64,000 nt of DNA from Minisyncoccota bacterium (lineage in GTDB: Bacteria > Patescibacteriota > Microgenomatia > UBA1400 > PJMF01). The notes under the pieces are model-generated. The model had not been told where the DNA came from. It worked only from the letters and a program-made list of their open reading frames with translations, and did not search any database. The position numbers were made by a program, and so were the translations under genes. The stretch lies in contig JAACWQ010000004.1 of NCBI GenBank assembly GCA_009991965.1, forward strand, positions 42,074 through 106,073, in the 5' to 3' direction. Numbering within the stretch: the stretch's first letter is position 1; every line of letters starts with the position of its first letter. Below, piece after piece: positions 49,383-58,521 of this stretch.

Positions 49383-50455
49383 AAAACAACCTCATCCTCG
49401 CCATTGATACCTCGTGCGACGATACATCTGTTGCGGTCACCTCTGGACCATATGTGCTCGGTAATGTCATCGCCTCTCAGACAGAACTGCACCGCCAATA
49501 TGGTGGCGTCTTCCCAACTGTTGCTAAACAAGCCCATAAAGAAAATATCGCCCCAACTGTAACTTCTGCTCTGCGGCGCGCTGGCATAACCTGGGATGAG
49601 ATCACGGCGATAGCCGTCACCCAAGGACCTGGGTTGGCTCCTGCCCTCGAAGTCGGAATCAGAGCTGCCCAAACGTATGCGAGCGAACACAACCTACCAC
49701 TCATTCCAGTCAATCACCTAGAAGGCCATTTACTCTCTGTTCTCGCAAGACCGAAACCACGAGACGCAAACGTGCAAAAGTTGTCAAGCGATTTGCCCGT
49801 AGTAAAAAATGCGCTTGGCATTCTTGTGTCAGGTGGTAATACGCTGTTTGTGCAGGTAAAGCAGATCGGCAAGTACGAAGTCCTCGGCCAAACACTTGAT
49901 GATGCAGCTGGTGAGTGCTTGGATAAGATCGGGCGCATGCTCAATTTGGGCTATCCAGCTGGCCCCGTGATCGAACAATTTGCCAAATTGGGCAACCCGA
50001 AAGCAATTCCTTTTCCGCTGCCGCTCACCATGACCAAAACCTATGATCTTAGTTTCTCTGGGCTTAAAACATCAGCCCGAAACTTACTCGAAGATAATGG
50101 GGTACTGCAACCCCTCAAAAAACAGGAAGTATATGACTTCTGTGCGAGCATACAGTTTGCGGTATTTCGACATATTACATACAAATTGAACAAATTACTT
50201 GTGGATCAAAAGTTCTCTCAAATTTGGCTTGGTGGTGGCGTGGCTGCCAACGCAACGCTTCGGCGAATGATACGCGAAACGATACAAGCGAATAGTGACC
50301 GGGTGGCAAACCCGAAACTACTGACTCCCTATAGCAAAAAACTGTGTATGGATAACGCTGCGATGATTGGAGTTGCGGCGAGGACTAAACGAATACAAAA
50401 GGGTGGTGGCGAACAAATTGGACGACGACCGAGGTGGGGGTTGGAGGAAATCTAA
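49379..50455 (+). CDS. tsaD: tRNA N6-adenosine threonylcarbamoyltransferase TsaD (Kae1/YgjD)
   Basis: ILAIDTSCDDTSVAV and metal-binding VNHLEGHLLS; 4-bp overlap with the tsaC::tsaE stop. Confidence 0.85.
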   Translation: MKNNLILAIDTSCDDTSVAVTSGPYVLGNVIASQTELHRQYGGVFPTVAKQAHKENIAPTVTSALRRAGITWDEITAIAVTQGPGLAPALEVGIRAAQTYASEHNLPLIPVNHLEGHLLSVLARPKPRDANVQKLSSDLPVVKNALGILVSGGNTLFVQVKQIGKYEVLGQTLDDAAGECLDKIGRMLNLGYPAGPVIEQFAKLGNPKAIPFPLPLTMTKTYDLSFSGLKTSARNLLEDNGVLQPLKKQEVYDFCASIQFAVFRHITYKLNKLLVDQKFSQIWLGGGVAANATLRRMIRETIQANSDRVANPKLLTPYSKKLCMDNAAMIGVAARTKRIQKGGGEQIGRRPRWGLEEI

Positions 50456-50456
50456 A

Positions 50457-50738
50457 CTAAGCTGCTTCGTACTCCGCCAGTAATTTCTCAACCACTTGCA
50501 TACGATAGCTATCAATGGTTTGACCTGCTTTTTCCTGAAACAATCTGGCAATTTCCGCCTGTTGAGTATTGATGACATCTTCGCCAACTGTATTTTTTAT
50601 GTGCTCAGCAACTTCCTCCACGATTTTTCGCAAAATCCGTCCCAAAATAAATCCAGTCTCTTGCTCTGGAACTCCACTTGCCAGCAAATGCTCTTTGAAT
50701 GTGTCTAGAACTTGTTGATAATCAGAATTTGTGTTCAT
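50457..50738 (-). CDS. hypothetical small protein
   Basis: 93-aa ORF directly downstream of the large hypothetical protein gene. Confidence 0.35.
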   Translation of the reverse strand: MNTNSDYQQVLDTFKEHLLASGVPEQETGFILGRILRKIVEEVAEHIKNTVGEDVINTQQAEIARLFQEKAGQTIDSYRMQVVEKLLAEYEAA

Positions 50739-50752
50739 AGGATATCCTTATC

Positions 50753-53464
50753 TTATCTTGCTGGTGGTACAAAATTGAAGTTTTTCAGCGTAGCCGTGAC
50801 TTGATTCACCCAGGGAGTAATTTGTGCTGCTCTTTGATCTGCAGTCATGCCAGAAACCTGATCCATCAGCGTGTTAATGCTTGCTACCGCTTGTTTGGAT
50901 GATTCACCTAGTTGATTCGTTTGCTCAAGCGTCAAAACCTGCTGTGGTGCAGCTACATCAAATTTTTCCACCACTTCTCTGATCTGGTGCATTCTTTCGG
51001 GAGTAAAGTACTGCTGTACTGCTTTTATGGCAGTGTCTAGTTGTTCAGAACCCTGTGGGGACTGTTGGAAAAGCTTGCTCAACTGTTCCGCAGTTTGAGC
51101 GAATGAATTATTTATCACTACGGCTGCGTCTGGTGTTACTTGAGCACCTTGTGAGGTTGCATCTGTAATCGTACGCAGGACCTCATCTGATAGTATTTTG
51201 TTTATTGGACTAGCAGCTATTTCACCTGCTGGTGGTGTTACTACAACAGCACTGGCTTGGGTTTCATTCAAAAGCTTATAACCAACCTCTGCCACGGACT
51301 CTCCCAACGCTCCACTAAAAAATGCAAAAAGAAATCGTGATCTGGCTTGAACACCATGCGCAATGCCACTTGCTCCCTGAGCCATCTTTCTGAGGAAAGC
51401 AGGCAGAGCTTCATTTTCACTCATACCAGCTAATCCTCCGCGCACGTAGGTGCCTAGCACTGTTTCGCCCAATGCCGCTGTTGTCAACAAACCCGCACTA
51501 GATAAAGTTATTCTTGTTCCTGGATCAACTCCCATTACACCAAATGCAGCTGAAGCAGCTGCGCCAGTTAATACTGTACCTGTTGTCTGCAGAGCCTTTT
51601 TGAAAAATTCTTTTTTACCAGAAGATAAGCTAGAAGCCTCGACAGCTTTTTGAGAAGCATCTAACTGTTCACTCTCGAAGGGGCGTTCTTGAGCGTGTTC
51701 GGCATTGGGATGAATTTTGGCTTTTTCGATGAGTTTTCTAAATTTTTTCTCTGATTCAGCATCAAATCCCAATTCTCCAAACGTATCTATCGCATGTTGC
51801 GCTAAAGCAAGTATTAGTTCACCTACTGCGCGATTGCTTTTTGCTGTTCCATCCTTGATCATCACATCGGTAACTCGAGAAACATATTCCAAATCCAACT
51901 TAGATAGCCGCTTTTCTTCTTCACGAGCACCATGTTCCGCTTTTAGTTTAGCTTCAATTTCTTGTTGTCTAGCAGACGAAGCCATTTCACCAGATTCAAC
52001 TGTCTGTTTGGCTACTGTGTCAGGAGACTTTGGCGCCTTACCTGGGAAGAATTTCTGCCACCATCCCCCCTGCTTTTTCGGTTTTTCTGTAGCTGGCTGT
52101 TGAACTTCTTGCTGTAATTTTGCAAGTTTTTCCTTGTCTGCCGCAATTTCACGATTGAGCTGTAAAATTGCCGAGGAATCTGTAGCAATCTTAGCTTGCT
52201 CTAGTTTTATTTCATTAGCTTGGATTCTGTCAGAAATTGTGTTGCTATCTTCTGCTTGTGTCGCTTTTTCTTCAAGAGGTTGTACTTCCTGTTGAAATTC
52301 TTCCTCAGTATTTTTGACCTCACCAGCTTCTGGCACTCCATACGCATCAATCAACTGATCTGCATCTGAAATTAGTAGTTCAGACAGTGCTGGTTTCACC
52401 TTAGAAGCAAACCACCCTCTCATTTTGCTCAAAAAACCTTGCCTTGCCGGTGGCTTCCATTCTGTATCCAAAAAGCTAGCTACTATTTCCCCGATAAGCT
52501 GAGATCGTTCGCTATCATTCAAAATTTTGAATGATTCTTGATATTTTCTGTCAAGAGCTTTTTGTAATTCTTGAGACAAGACTTCATTGGTCAAAAGTTG
52601 ATCAAAAGCAGTTTTCAAACCTGCTTCTATAGCAGTGCGGAGTTCTTCTGGCTCGCCCGCACCATCAGTCAGAGCGGTGATAAATCCACCTTTGTAGGTT
52701 GCAACGACATTGAGTCGATCTGCCAATGCATTCCAGACCGGTTTTCCCGAATTCTTTAAAATCTTAAGTAATCTGCTGTATCTGTTTTCTGGAGATTTTG
52801 GAATACCAGCGAGAGGATTTTCTACCTTGGCTGTTGGCTCTGCTTGCGTTTCAGCATGAACTATTGTTTGGTCGACAGTCTGCGAAGCAGCTTCCAAACG
52901 AGTAGGATCGAGCAATGAAAGCAGATAGTGGACTTGATTAGAATCGGGGAGAATTTTAACACCCGTCTCAGTGTCATAATTACTCACTACTTGCCACTGC
53001 TGAGCAGCCGTACTTACATCTTTACTGAACCGTATACTCGATGCCAAAGCCCTTTGTCCTGAGAGCGTTATTTCAATTATTCCGGAGGGTTCTACTGTAA
53101 CTGTATATGAAAAATCTTCAGCTTTGCTTGTAAAAGTGGCGCTCTCACCTTGCTTCGCACCCAGCTGCAATAGCCGTGCATCGAGCTCCGCTAACTTGGC
53201 CATATCACTAGGATCAGTTATCTCAAAACCTGATTTTTGCTCATCATTAGCAGCTGGTGGCCTACCTTCCACCACCTCGCCACCGAGACTGTGACCTCTC
53301 TCTAGGTGCTCTTCTATCGCTGCGTCACGTTCTTTATCAAATGATGTGAAATGACCACCAGAATCTCTGACACGTCCCGCATCACTGTTCCAAGACTGTT
53401 GCCAAGCAGGTGCTCCATTTCCTTCTACCATACTATCTTCCTTGTGTACGTTAACCGCGTTCAT
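50753..53464 (-). CDS. large hypothetical protein (coiled-coil, low complexity, Gly/Ala-rich hydrophobic C-terminal segment)
   Basis: 903-aa uninterrupted ORF; no signal peptide or recognisable catalytic motif. Confidence 0.5.
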   Translation of the reverse strand: MNAVNVHKEDSMVEGNGAPAWQQSWNSDAGRVRDSGGHFTSFDKERDAAIEEHLERGHSLGGEVVEGRPPAANDEQKSGFEITDPSDMAKLAELDARLLQLGAKQGESATFTSKAEDFSYTVTVEPSGIIEITLSGQRALASSIRFSKDVSTAAQQWQVVSNYDTETGVKILPDSNQVHYLLSLLDPTRLEAASQTVDQTIVHAETQAEPTAKVENPLAGIPKSPENRYSRLLKILKNSGKPVWNALADRLNVVATYKGGFITALTDGAGEPEELRTAIEAGLKTAFDQLLTNEVLSQELQKALDRKYQESFKILNDSERSQLIGEIVASFLDTEWKPPARQGFLSKMRGWFASKVKPALSELLISDADQLIDAYGVPEAGEVKNTEEEFQQEVQPLEEKATQAEDSNTISDRIQANEIKLEQAKIATDSSAILQLNREIAADKEKLAKLQQEVQQPATEKPKKQGGWWQKFFPGKAPKSPDTVAKQTVESGEMASSARQQEIEAKLKAEHGAREEEKRLSKLDLEYVSRVTDVMIKDGTAKSNRAVGELILALAQHAIDTFGELGFDAESEKKFRKLIEKAKIHPNAEHAQERPFESEQLDASQKAVEASSLSSGKKEFFKKALQTTGTVLTGAAASAAFGVMGVDPGTRITLSSAGLLTTAALGETVLGTYVRGGLAGMSENEALPAFLRKMAQGASGIAHGVQARSRFLFAFFSGALGESVAEVGYKLLNETQASAVVVTPPAGEIAASPINKILSDEVLRTITDATSQGAQVTPDAAVVINNSFAQTAEQLSKLFQQSPQGSEQLDTAIKAVQQYFTPERMHQIREVVEKFDVAAPQQVLTLEQTNQLGESSKQAVASINTLMDQVSGMTADQRAAQITPWVNQVTATLKNFNFVPPAR

Positions 53465-53509
53465 TCTACAACTAAATAACTCTTGTACACAACTAGGGTT
53501 GTGTCTAAC

Positions 53510-56500
53510 CTATATCGGACACGCTCCGCTCTCACACTGCAAATGCACGTAGTCGATGTCTTCAAATAGTGATTCATCCTTTTCAATCTCATCGAGTACA
53601 CGCATGAACTCACTGATGGTCACCGGTTGCTCTGGCTGGTACTCATACGCGGTCGCATCTTGTTGTGGCATAACCGAGCAACACTTGACTAAACCCTGGT
53701 ATTTACGCACCATCTCAGCATACTTTTTGAAAGTGATTTTGATGGGATCGTACTTGAGCGTGTAAGACACTTGGTTGCCCGTATCTTCGAGTGGCTTGTT
53801 GTTTTCATCGACACCAACAATCCAGTATTTTTCGAGAAGCATCAGCCATTTGTACTGTTCTTCTGGGGTAGCCTCACCGGCAGTGACGAGTTCACCATTC
53901 ATACCCAGTCTGCAAATCAGTGGTTGGGTGGGAAATCCGACGGCCGTCGATCCTTGGTAACTTTGCAAGACTTTAATCGGATAGTGCTTGTCTTTGTATT
54001 TTTTCACTTGCGGATCATCGGAGCGATACTGCACCCAGCGAATATACTCACGCATACTTGGCAAATGAGCGCCCTCGGTTAGCGCAAACAGCTTGGAAAT
54101 CGTACCCGATGGTTTGATGGTCGTATTGGTATGTGGCACTACTACCTTCAGTTTTTTGGAGTAGTTCTCGGCCTCATCAACCACGGCACGCTTGAAACGA
54201 GCAATCGTTTGCCAAAATGCTTGTGATTTTCCTTCGTCAATCAAATCTCGGAAAGAAAATCCAAAGGTGTTCCAGGCAAATTCGTGGATACCAGTCATAC
54301 CTACACCAATCCGGTTGGTGCGCTTGACCTCACGGTTGTACAAACTATCCATGTAGGTGTTGACCCGAATCAGTGCGCGCGTGGCCGCACGAAAACCTTC
54401 TTCGGCGTCATCTATCGTTGGCGCATAGTACGGCACTACATCGGCAATCACACAGTAGCCACCAAGCATGTTGAGGGAAATCTCGCCGCAAGGGTTGGGA
54501 ATCTGTGAGTATAGCTTGGCGCCTGCATTGCGAGCCAAGTGTGAGAGCATTTTTTCGGTGCGCTTGAGCGGCTGATATTTTTTGCTCTGGGCATATTTAC
54601 CATCTTGGTAACCCTCATAGCCAGCATCATTTTGCACCAATCGGTGTTGATTAATAAATCCCGGTTCACCCGTACCATCTTCGTAACTTGCTTTGAGAAT
54701 CATTTCTAGCACTTTGCGAGCGTGGCTACTTTTTTGTTTCCAAAATTTCTCATCGACCGCTACTGAGTTATTGGCACTCCACAAAAAGCCACCGCGCTTG
54801 ATCGAGATAAAATCAAAAATCTCAGGATCAGTCCACACCTTGGTCGCGATACGGGCACTTCTCCTAGCCCCACCCACCAAAACACATTCTGCCAAGTAGT
54901 GATCGACAAACATGGCTTGTTTCCAAAGTGGTAAATCAGCACCCTTGATAGTGGCAAGCTTGTCAATCGAGTTCATCAGTGGCTTAGGACCAGAAGATGG
55001 CCGATCTTGCATCCCTTTAATTGGCATACCTTTGGCGCGTACTTTGGAAAAATCTAGAATTAAGAGATCATCTTTAAACTTTTTTTCGTACGCCATGATC
55101 TCGATCATCTCAACTGCCTGCGCCCAACCTTCTCGGCTATCGGGCACTTCAAACCAGTGAATATTATCACCATCGCCATATTTGTGTTTGGCATCGCGCA
55201 CACTCTCATCGACCCCCCAAACAAAATCTGGGTGCTCTGCCGACATGACACAGCGCACATTGGGCATGTTATCCCAATTGACTATGCACATGTCATCGTC
55301 GTATGGTCGGCCGACTCCTGAGCCATTCATGAGCAAGTAAAAAAGCGTGTAAGAACTTGATGCCGTACTGCAATTGCCCGTCAACAATCCATTTGCTAAA
55401 ACAAAACCGGTGGTGACTGGTTCTTCGACACAATAGACTTCTTCTTCGCCGACTGGCTCGATAGTGGCAACCTTGCGTACAGCTGAACGAGACAACCGCA
55501 CACAATGCAAGTCCTTACCATTGGGATAACTACCATCACCCTCTTTTCTCTCGAGAACTCGGTGTGAAGTAATAATATATCCAGCATATGCTGCGTAGTC
55601 TTCAAGCCAGGCTATTGCATCCTCTCTGGTTGTGGATATTTCAATACTTTTGGTAGTAGTAAGAGTTTTTGAACCATCAGCCAACCACCACCCTTTAATA
55701 AAGCCAGCAATGTACGTCGGATCGAGTGTGAATGGCAAATCTTTTAGGAAAGATTTTCTGCCTAAATATGCAACTGGATCACCAGCAGCATGTTTTGGAT
55801 AAGAAACAACGTAGTTTTCAAAGTATTTGAGAAATTTTTTGTCTCCACCACACAAACGAATGGCAGGATAGTCTCTGCCTTGAGCAGCTATCACGTCTGG
55901 ATAATCGCGTCGATTTTTATGCGCTGAGCCGTCACCAAAAATAAGTCCGTGTTGAATACCTTCTAGGGCTTCTTCTTCAAGTGTTGGTGCTGTTGCCAAG
56001 GATTGACCAACTTGCAAATCATCAGTTATTGAGCCGTCTTCGAGAAACCAGCGGTGATTGCGGGTTGCTAGTACCTCATGTGAGTAGTTGCTTGTGCCTG
56101 TTTTTGGTACAAATGTTATCTTAAAGAGCTTTTGCTTGCCGTACGCTTTTACATTCGCCTCTCTCCACTCCCCATCAGCTGCTTTGACTGTAACGACTTG
56201 TCCAACTACTTTGTGAATCTCTATTGGTCCATTCTCTTGAGTCAAAATTTTGGTATTTTTTTCGAGGCAATTAGTAAAAACTTCCATATTGCGCTTTGGC
56301 TGCGTTTTATCTCCGTGTTGCAGATGTCTGCCAGACATGAGAACAGAACCATTGGCAATATGCTTGGCCAAAAGCTTACGCTCTGCTGTTTTGTGCGCGG
56401 GGAATTGTGAACCCAAGAGAGCAGTATTTCCCAACGCAACGCGCTCTGCCACCTCGTGCCAAGTTTCCCAGCGCTCTCGCTTGGTGTTCCTATCGATTAT

Positions 56501-56608
56501 CCTACGCAAATATGTTCGTCTTGCTACTGCTCTGCCCATGCCGTTATCGAGTTTGCGATCGGTGAACTTCATTTTTACTTTTGGTAAGGTTGGTGTAGCT
56601 GATGACAT
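53510..56608 (-). CDS. nrdJ: class II (adenosylcobalamin-dependent) ribonucleotide reductase NrdJ containing an intein
   Basis: NPCGEI active-site motif; C-terminal redox pair QCESGACPI; intein block A (CLEKNTKILT), block B (TRNHRWF), LAGLIDADG-like motifs, block G ending GN followed by +1 Cys. Confidence 0.85.
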   Translation of the reverse strand: MSSATPTLPKVKMKFTDRKLDNGMGRAVARRTYLRRIIDRNTKRERWETWHEVAERVALGNTALLGSQFPAHKTAERKLLAKHIANGSVLMSGRHLQHGDKTQPKRNMEVFTNCLEKNTKILTQENGPIEIHKVVGQVVTVKAADGEWREANVKAYGKQKLFKITFVPKTGTSNYSHEVLATRNHRWFLEDGSITDDLQVGQSLATAPTLEEEALEGIQHGLIFGDGSAHKNRRDYPDVIAAQGRDYPAIRLCGGDKKFLKYFENYVVSYPKHAAGDPVAYLGRKSFLKDLPFTLDPTYIAGFIKGWWLADGSKTLTTTKSIEISTTREDAIAWLEDYAAYAGYIITSHRVLERKEGDGSYPNGKDLHCVRLSRSAVRKVATIEPVGEEEVYCVEEPVTTGFVLANGLLTGNCSTASSSYTLFYLLMNGSGVGRPYDDDMCIVNWDNMPNVRCVMSAEHPDFVWGVDESVRDAKHKYGDGDNIHWFEVPDSREGWAQAVEMIEIMAYEKKFKDDLLILDFSKVRAKGMPIKGMQDRPSSGPKPLMNSIDKLATIKGADLPLWKQAMFVDHYLAECVLVGGARRSARIATKVWTDPEIFDFISIKRGGFLWSANNSVAVDEKFWKQKSSHARKVLEMILKASYEDGTGEPGFINQHRLVQNDAGYEGYQDGKYAQSKKYQPLKRTEKMLSHLARNAGAKLYSQIPNPCGEISLNMLGGYCVIADVVPYYAPTIDDAEEGFRAATRALIRVNTYMDSLYNREVKRTNRIGVGMTGIHEFAWNTFGFSFRDLIDEGKSQAFWQTIARFKRAVVDEAENYSKKLKVVVPHTNTTIKPSGTISKLFALTEGAHLPSMREYIRWVQYRSDDPQVKKYKDKHYPIKVLQSYQGSTAVGFPTQPLICRLGMNGELVTAGEATPEEQYKWLMLLEKYWIVGVDENNKPLEDTGNQVSYTLKYDPIKITFKKYAEMVRKYQGLVKCCSVMPQQDATAYEYQPEQPVTISEFMRVLDEIEKDESLFEDIDYVHLQCESGACPI
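55373..56269 (-). mobile_element. intein with LAGLIDADG homing-endonuclease domain inside nrdJ (residues 114-412)
   Basis: Cys1; motifs IQHGLIFGDGS and IAGFIKGWWLADGS; C-terminal ...VLANGLLTGN followed by Cys+1; a non-canonical Gly replaces the penultimate His. Confidence 0.75.
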
Positions 56609-57078
56609 TAAGTTCCTTGTGGGGTTGGTACTGTGGTTAATCGATCAAGTTCATTGCGGAAGTCTTCGATACTATCAAAATCTCGATAGACACTGGCAAA
56701 GAGAAGATATGATAATTCATCAAGTTTGCGCAGACGATTGAGAACCAAGTTGCCGATCTCCCAACTTTTTACTTCTGCGGTCTCTTTGCGACGCAAGCGG
56801 CGCTCTACATCGTTGAGTAATTCGTTAACATCGCTCATAGGAATTGGTCGCTTCCAGGTTGCTTTCATCAGGCCTCGTTGTAATTTCTCTCGAGAGAAGT
56901 CTTCTTTTGTGCCGTCTTTTTTTAACACTTTGAGATCAATGCCTTCGATGCGCTCATAGGTCGTAAAGCGCTTTTCGCACAAACCACATTGGCGGCGGCG
57001 GCGGATTGTGGTCTGGTCTTCTGCCTCGCGGGAATCAACAACGCTGGTCTCCGCAGTATCGCAGTACGGACATTTCAT
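56608..57078 (-). CDS. nrdR: transcriptional repressor NrdR
   Basis: Zinc ribbon (KCPYC...CGLC) and ATP-cone domain; directly upstream of and overlapping nrdJ. Confidence 0.85.
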   Translation of the reverse strand: MKCPYCDTAETSVVDSREAEDQTTIRRRRQCGLCEKRFTTYERIEGIDLKVLKKDGTKEDFSREKLQRGLMKATWKRPIPMSDVNELLNDVERRLRRKETAEVKSWEIGNLVLNRLRKLDELSYLLFASVYRDFDSIEDFRNELDRLTTVPTPQGT

Positions 57079-57108
57079 AAACAATTCCTACATATGTATT
57101 ATGTAAAA

Positions 57109-57156
57109 ACACTTCAAGTTGTGTTTTTAGACAAACTGATGCACTATATGTTGTGC
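57109..57156. promoter_or_regulatory. tandem NrdR boxes (ACACTTCAAGTTGTGT and GCACTATATGTTGTGC), 32 bp apart
   Basis: Two 16-bp palindromes with ACAC...GTGT-type arms and AT-rich centres, 31-78 bp upstream of the nrdR start; they match the published NrdR-box palindrome at 12/16 and 13/16 positions. Confidence 0.55.
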
Positions 57157-57183
57157 TTCTCAGTTCTTTTGGAGAACAAGAAT

Positions 57184-57201
57184 CTCACATTCTGTTGTGA
57201 G
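57184..57201 (-). terminator. possible terminator hairpin (CTCACA-N6-TGTGAG)
   Basis: 6-bp stem downstream of the 57238-57783 gene; the following U-tract is weak. Confidence 0.3.
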
Positions 57202-57237
57202 CGTCAACTGATATAAAAGATATCAATCACAAACGAA

Positions 57238-57783
57238 CTAGTGAGTCTCAGACGGAAGGTTTTGGTAGAGCGAAATGCTTTCTGTGAGCATGTCGGACAC
57301 TTGTTGTTGGTCTTCCATCGGGAATGACGAAAGAAGTTGGGTTGTTCGTTTAATGTGGGCGCGGAGCGCGCGGCGGAGGTACTGCTTGGTCGCGATAGGA
57401 CAGCTCCCTTCTGCAGTTGCTTCGTTGTTTGCTACAAGCAAGTAGTGTTGCGATTTTTTGAGCGTTATAAGGGCAAGTTGTGGTTTGTTCTTTTGCAGTA
57501 AGCTGGCGGCAGACTTAAGACGATCAAATGCGAGCGAGACTTCTTTCGTCGCTCGATTTTCTGGAGAAGTGGTGAGCAGTGCCACTCTGTCGATAATCAT
57601 AGCTGCTGGATAGAGTACGTGGTCGGGCAACATGCGTGTGCCAACATAGAGCGAGGTCTCTCGTTCCGGAGGGGCGTCGTAAGCAAACGGCTGGCTTGCT
57701 GATAATAAGGATATTCCAAGGATCGCGCCACCGAATAGGAGACTACCGGTATACGAAATAGCTTTGGCTCGTTTTGACAACAT
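57238..57783 (-). CDS. hypothetical protein with N-terminal TM anchor
   Basis: 181-aa ORF. Confidence 0.4.
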   Translation of the reverse strand: MLSKRAKAISYTGSLLFGGAILGISLLSASQPFAYDAPPERETSLYVGTRMLPDHVLYPAAMIIDRVALLTTSPENRATKEVSLAFDRLKSAASLLQKNKPQLALITLKKSQHYLLVANNEATAEGSCPIATKQYLRRALRAHIKRTTQLLSSFPMEDQQQVSDMLTESISLYQNLPSETH

Positions 57784-57837
57784 AATTTCTCTAGGTCAAC
57801 AATCAGGAAGTACAGATTCTAACACTCCAAGCAGCAA

Positions 57838-58521
57838 TTACCAACCGTAGCTTAATAGCACTAATCCCCAAATTGTATGACTCAATACCAATGCATAGGC
57901 ATTCTTGCGAGCGGCAAACAGATACGCTTGCCCCAGCGCAAATAAGAATAATAAAAACAACACTCCAGAAACTGCGCCTATCTCAAAACGCAGAAACGCA
58001 TTTGGGATGTGAAATAGTACAAAAATACTACTCGTCAATACTGCCTGCCGAGAGAGCGACCATTTGGGGTACTTTTCTCGAATCATCGTCATCGCAAAGC
58101 TGTAGAAAACAAGCGTTTCCCAAAAGGCGGTGCAGATGGCGAGCACAAACTCTCCCCAAAACTCTGGCGCAACAAACAAAGGTGTAGCCTGCAACAGCGT
58201 ACCTTTACTGAATACTGACAAAATTGCTGCAACAAATCCAAACACCCCACCGATCGCAACTCCCAAGAGTAGACCTTTATATAATCTGCCAGGAGCAAAA
58301 CTATCTACAATCGCTTTGTTGCGCGTCATGGTGACAAATAACCATACGGGCACGCCAAAAAAGAGTGCTTTACCTATTGATTCGTCAAACCACACAGGAA
58401 AGGCGAAGAGCGACCGATACAGCATCCAGAGGATGAAAATGAGGGTGAGGACGGGAAAAAAGGCTATGCGGGCGGCTTTGGGATATGCGGTGAGTGAGTT
58501 ACTTTTTTTGGGTGATGGCAT
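57838..58521 (-). CDS. CPBP-family intramembrane metalloprotease (Abi/CAAX protease-like)
   Basis: Polytopic; EExxxR-like (FWETLVFYSF) and FxxxH (FVLFHIPNA) motifs. Confidence 0.5.
   Translation of the reverse strand: MPSPKKSNSLTAYPKAARIAFFPVLTLIFILWMLYRSLFAFPVWFDESIGKALFFGVPVWLFVTMTRNKAIVDSFAPGRLYKGLLLGVAIGGVFGFVAAILSVFSKGTLLQATPLFVAPEFWGEFVLAICTAFWETLVFYSFAMTMIREKYPKWSLSRQAVLTSSIFVLFHIPNAFLRFEIGAVSGVLFLLFLFALGQAYLFAARKNAYALVLSHTIWGLVLLSYGW

Noticed and set aside
57089-57105. Palindrome TACATA-N5-TATGTA immediately upstream of nrdR
   Set aside because: It is a perfect inverted repeat but matches the NrdR-box consensus less well than the two downstream 16-mers. It may be a promoter element or a coincidence of AT-rich sequence.
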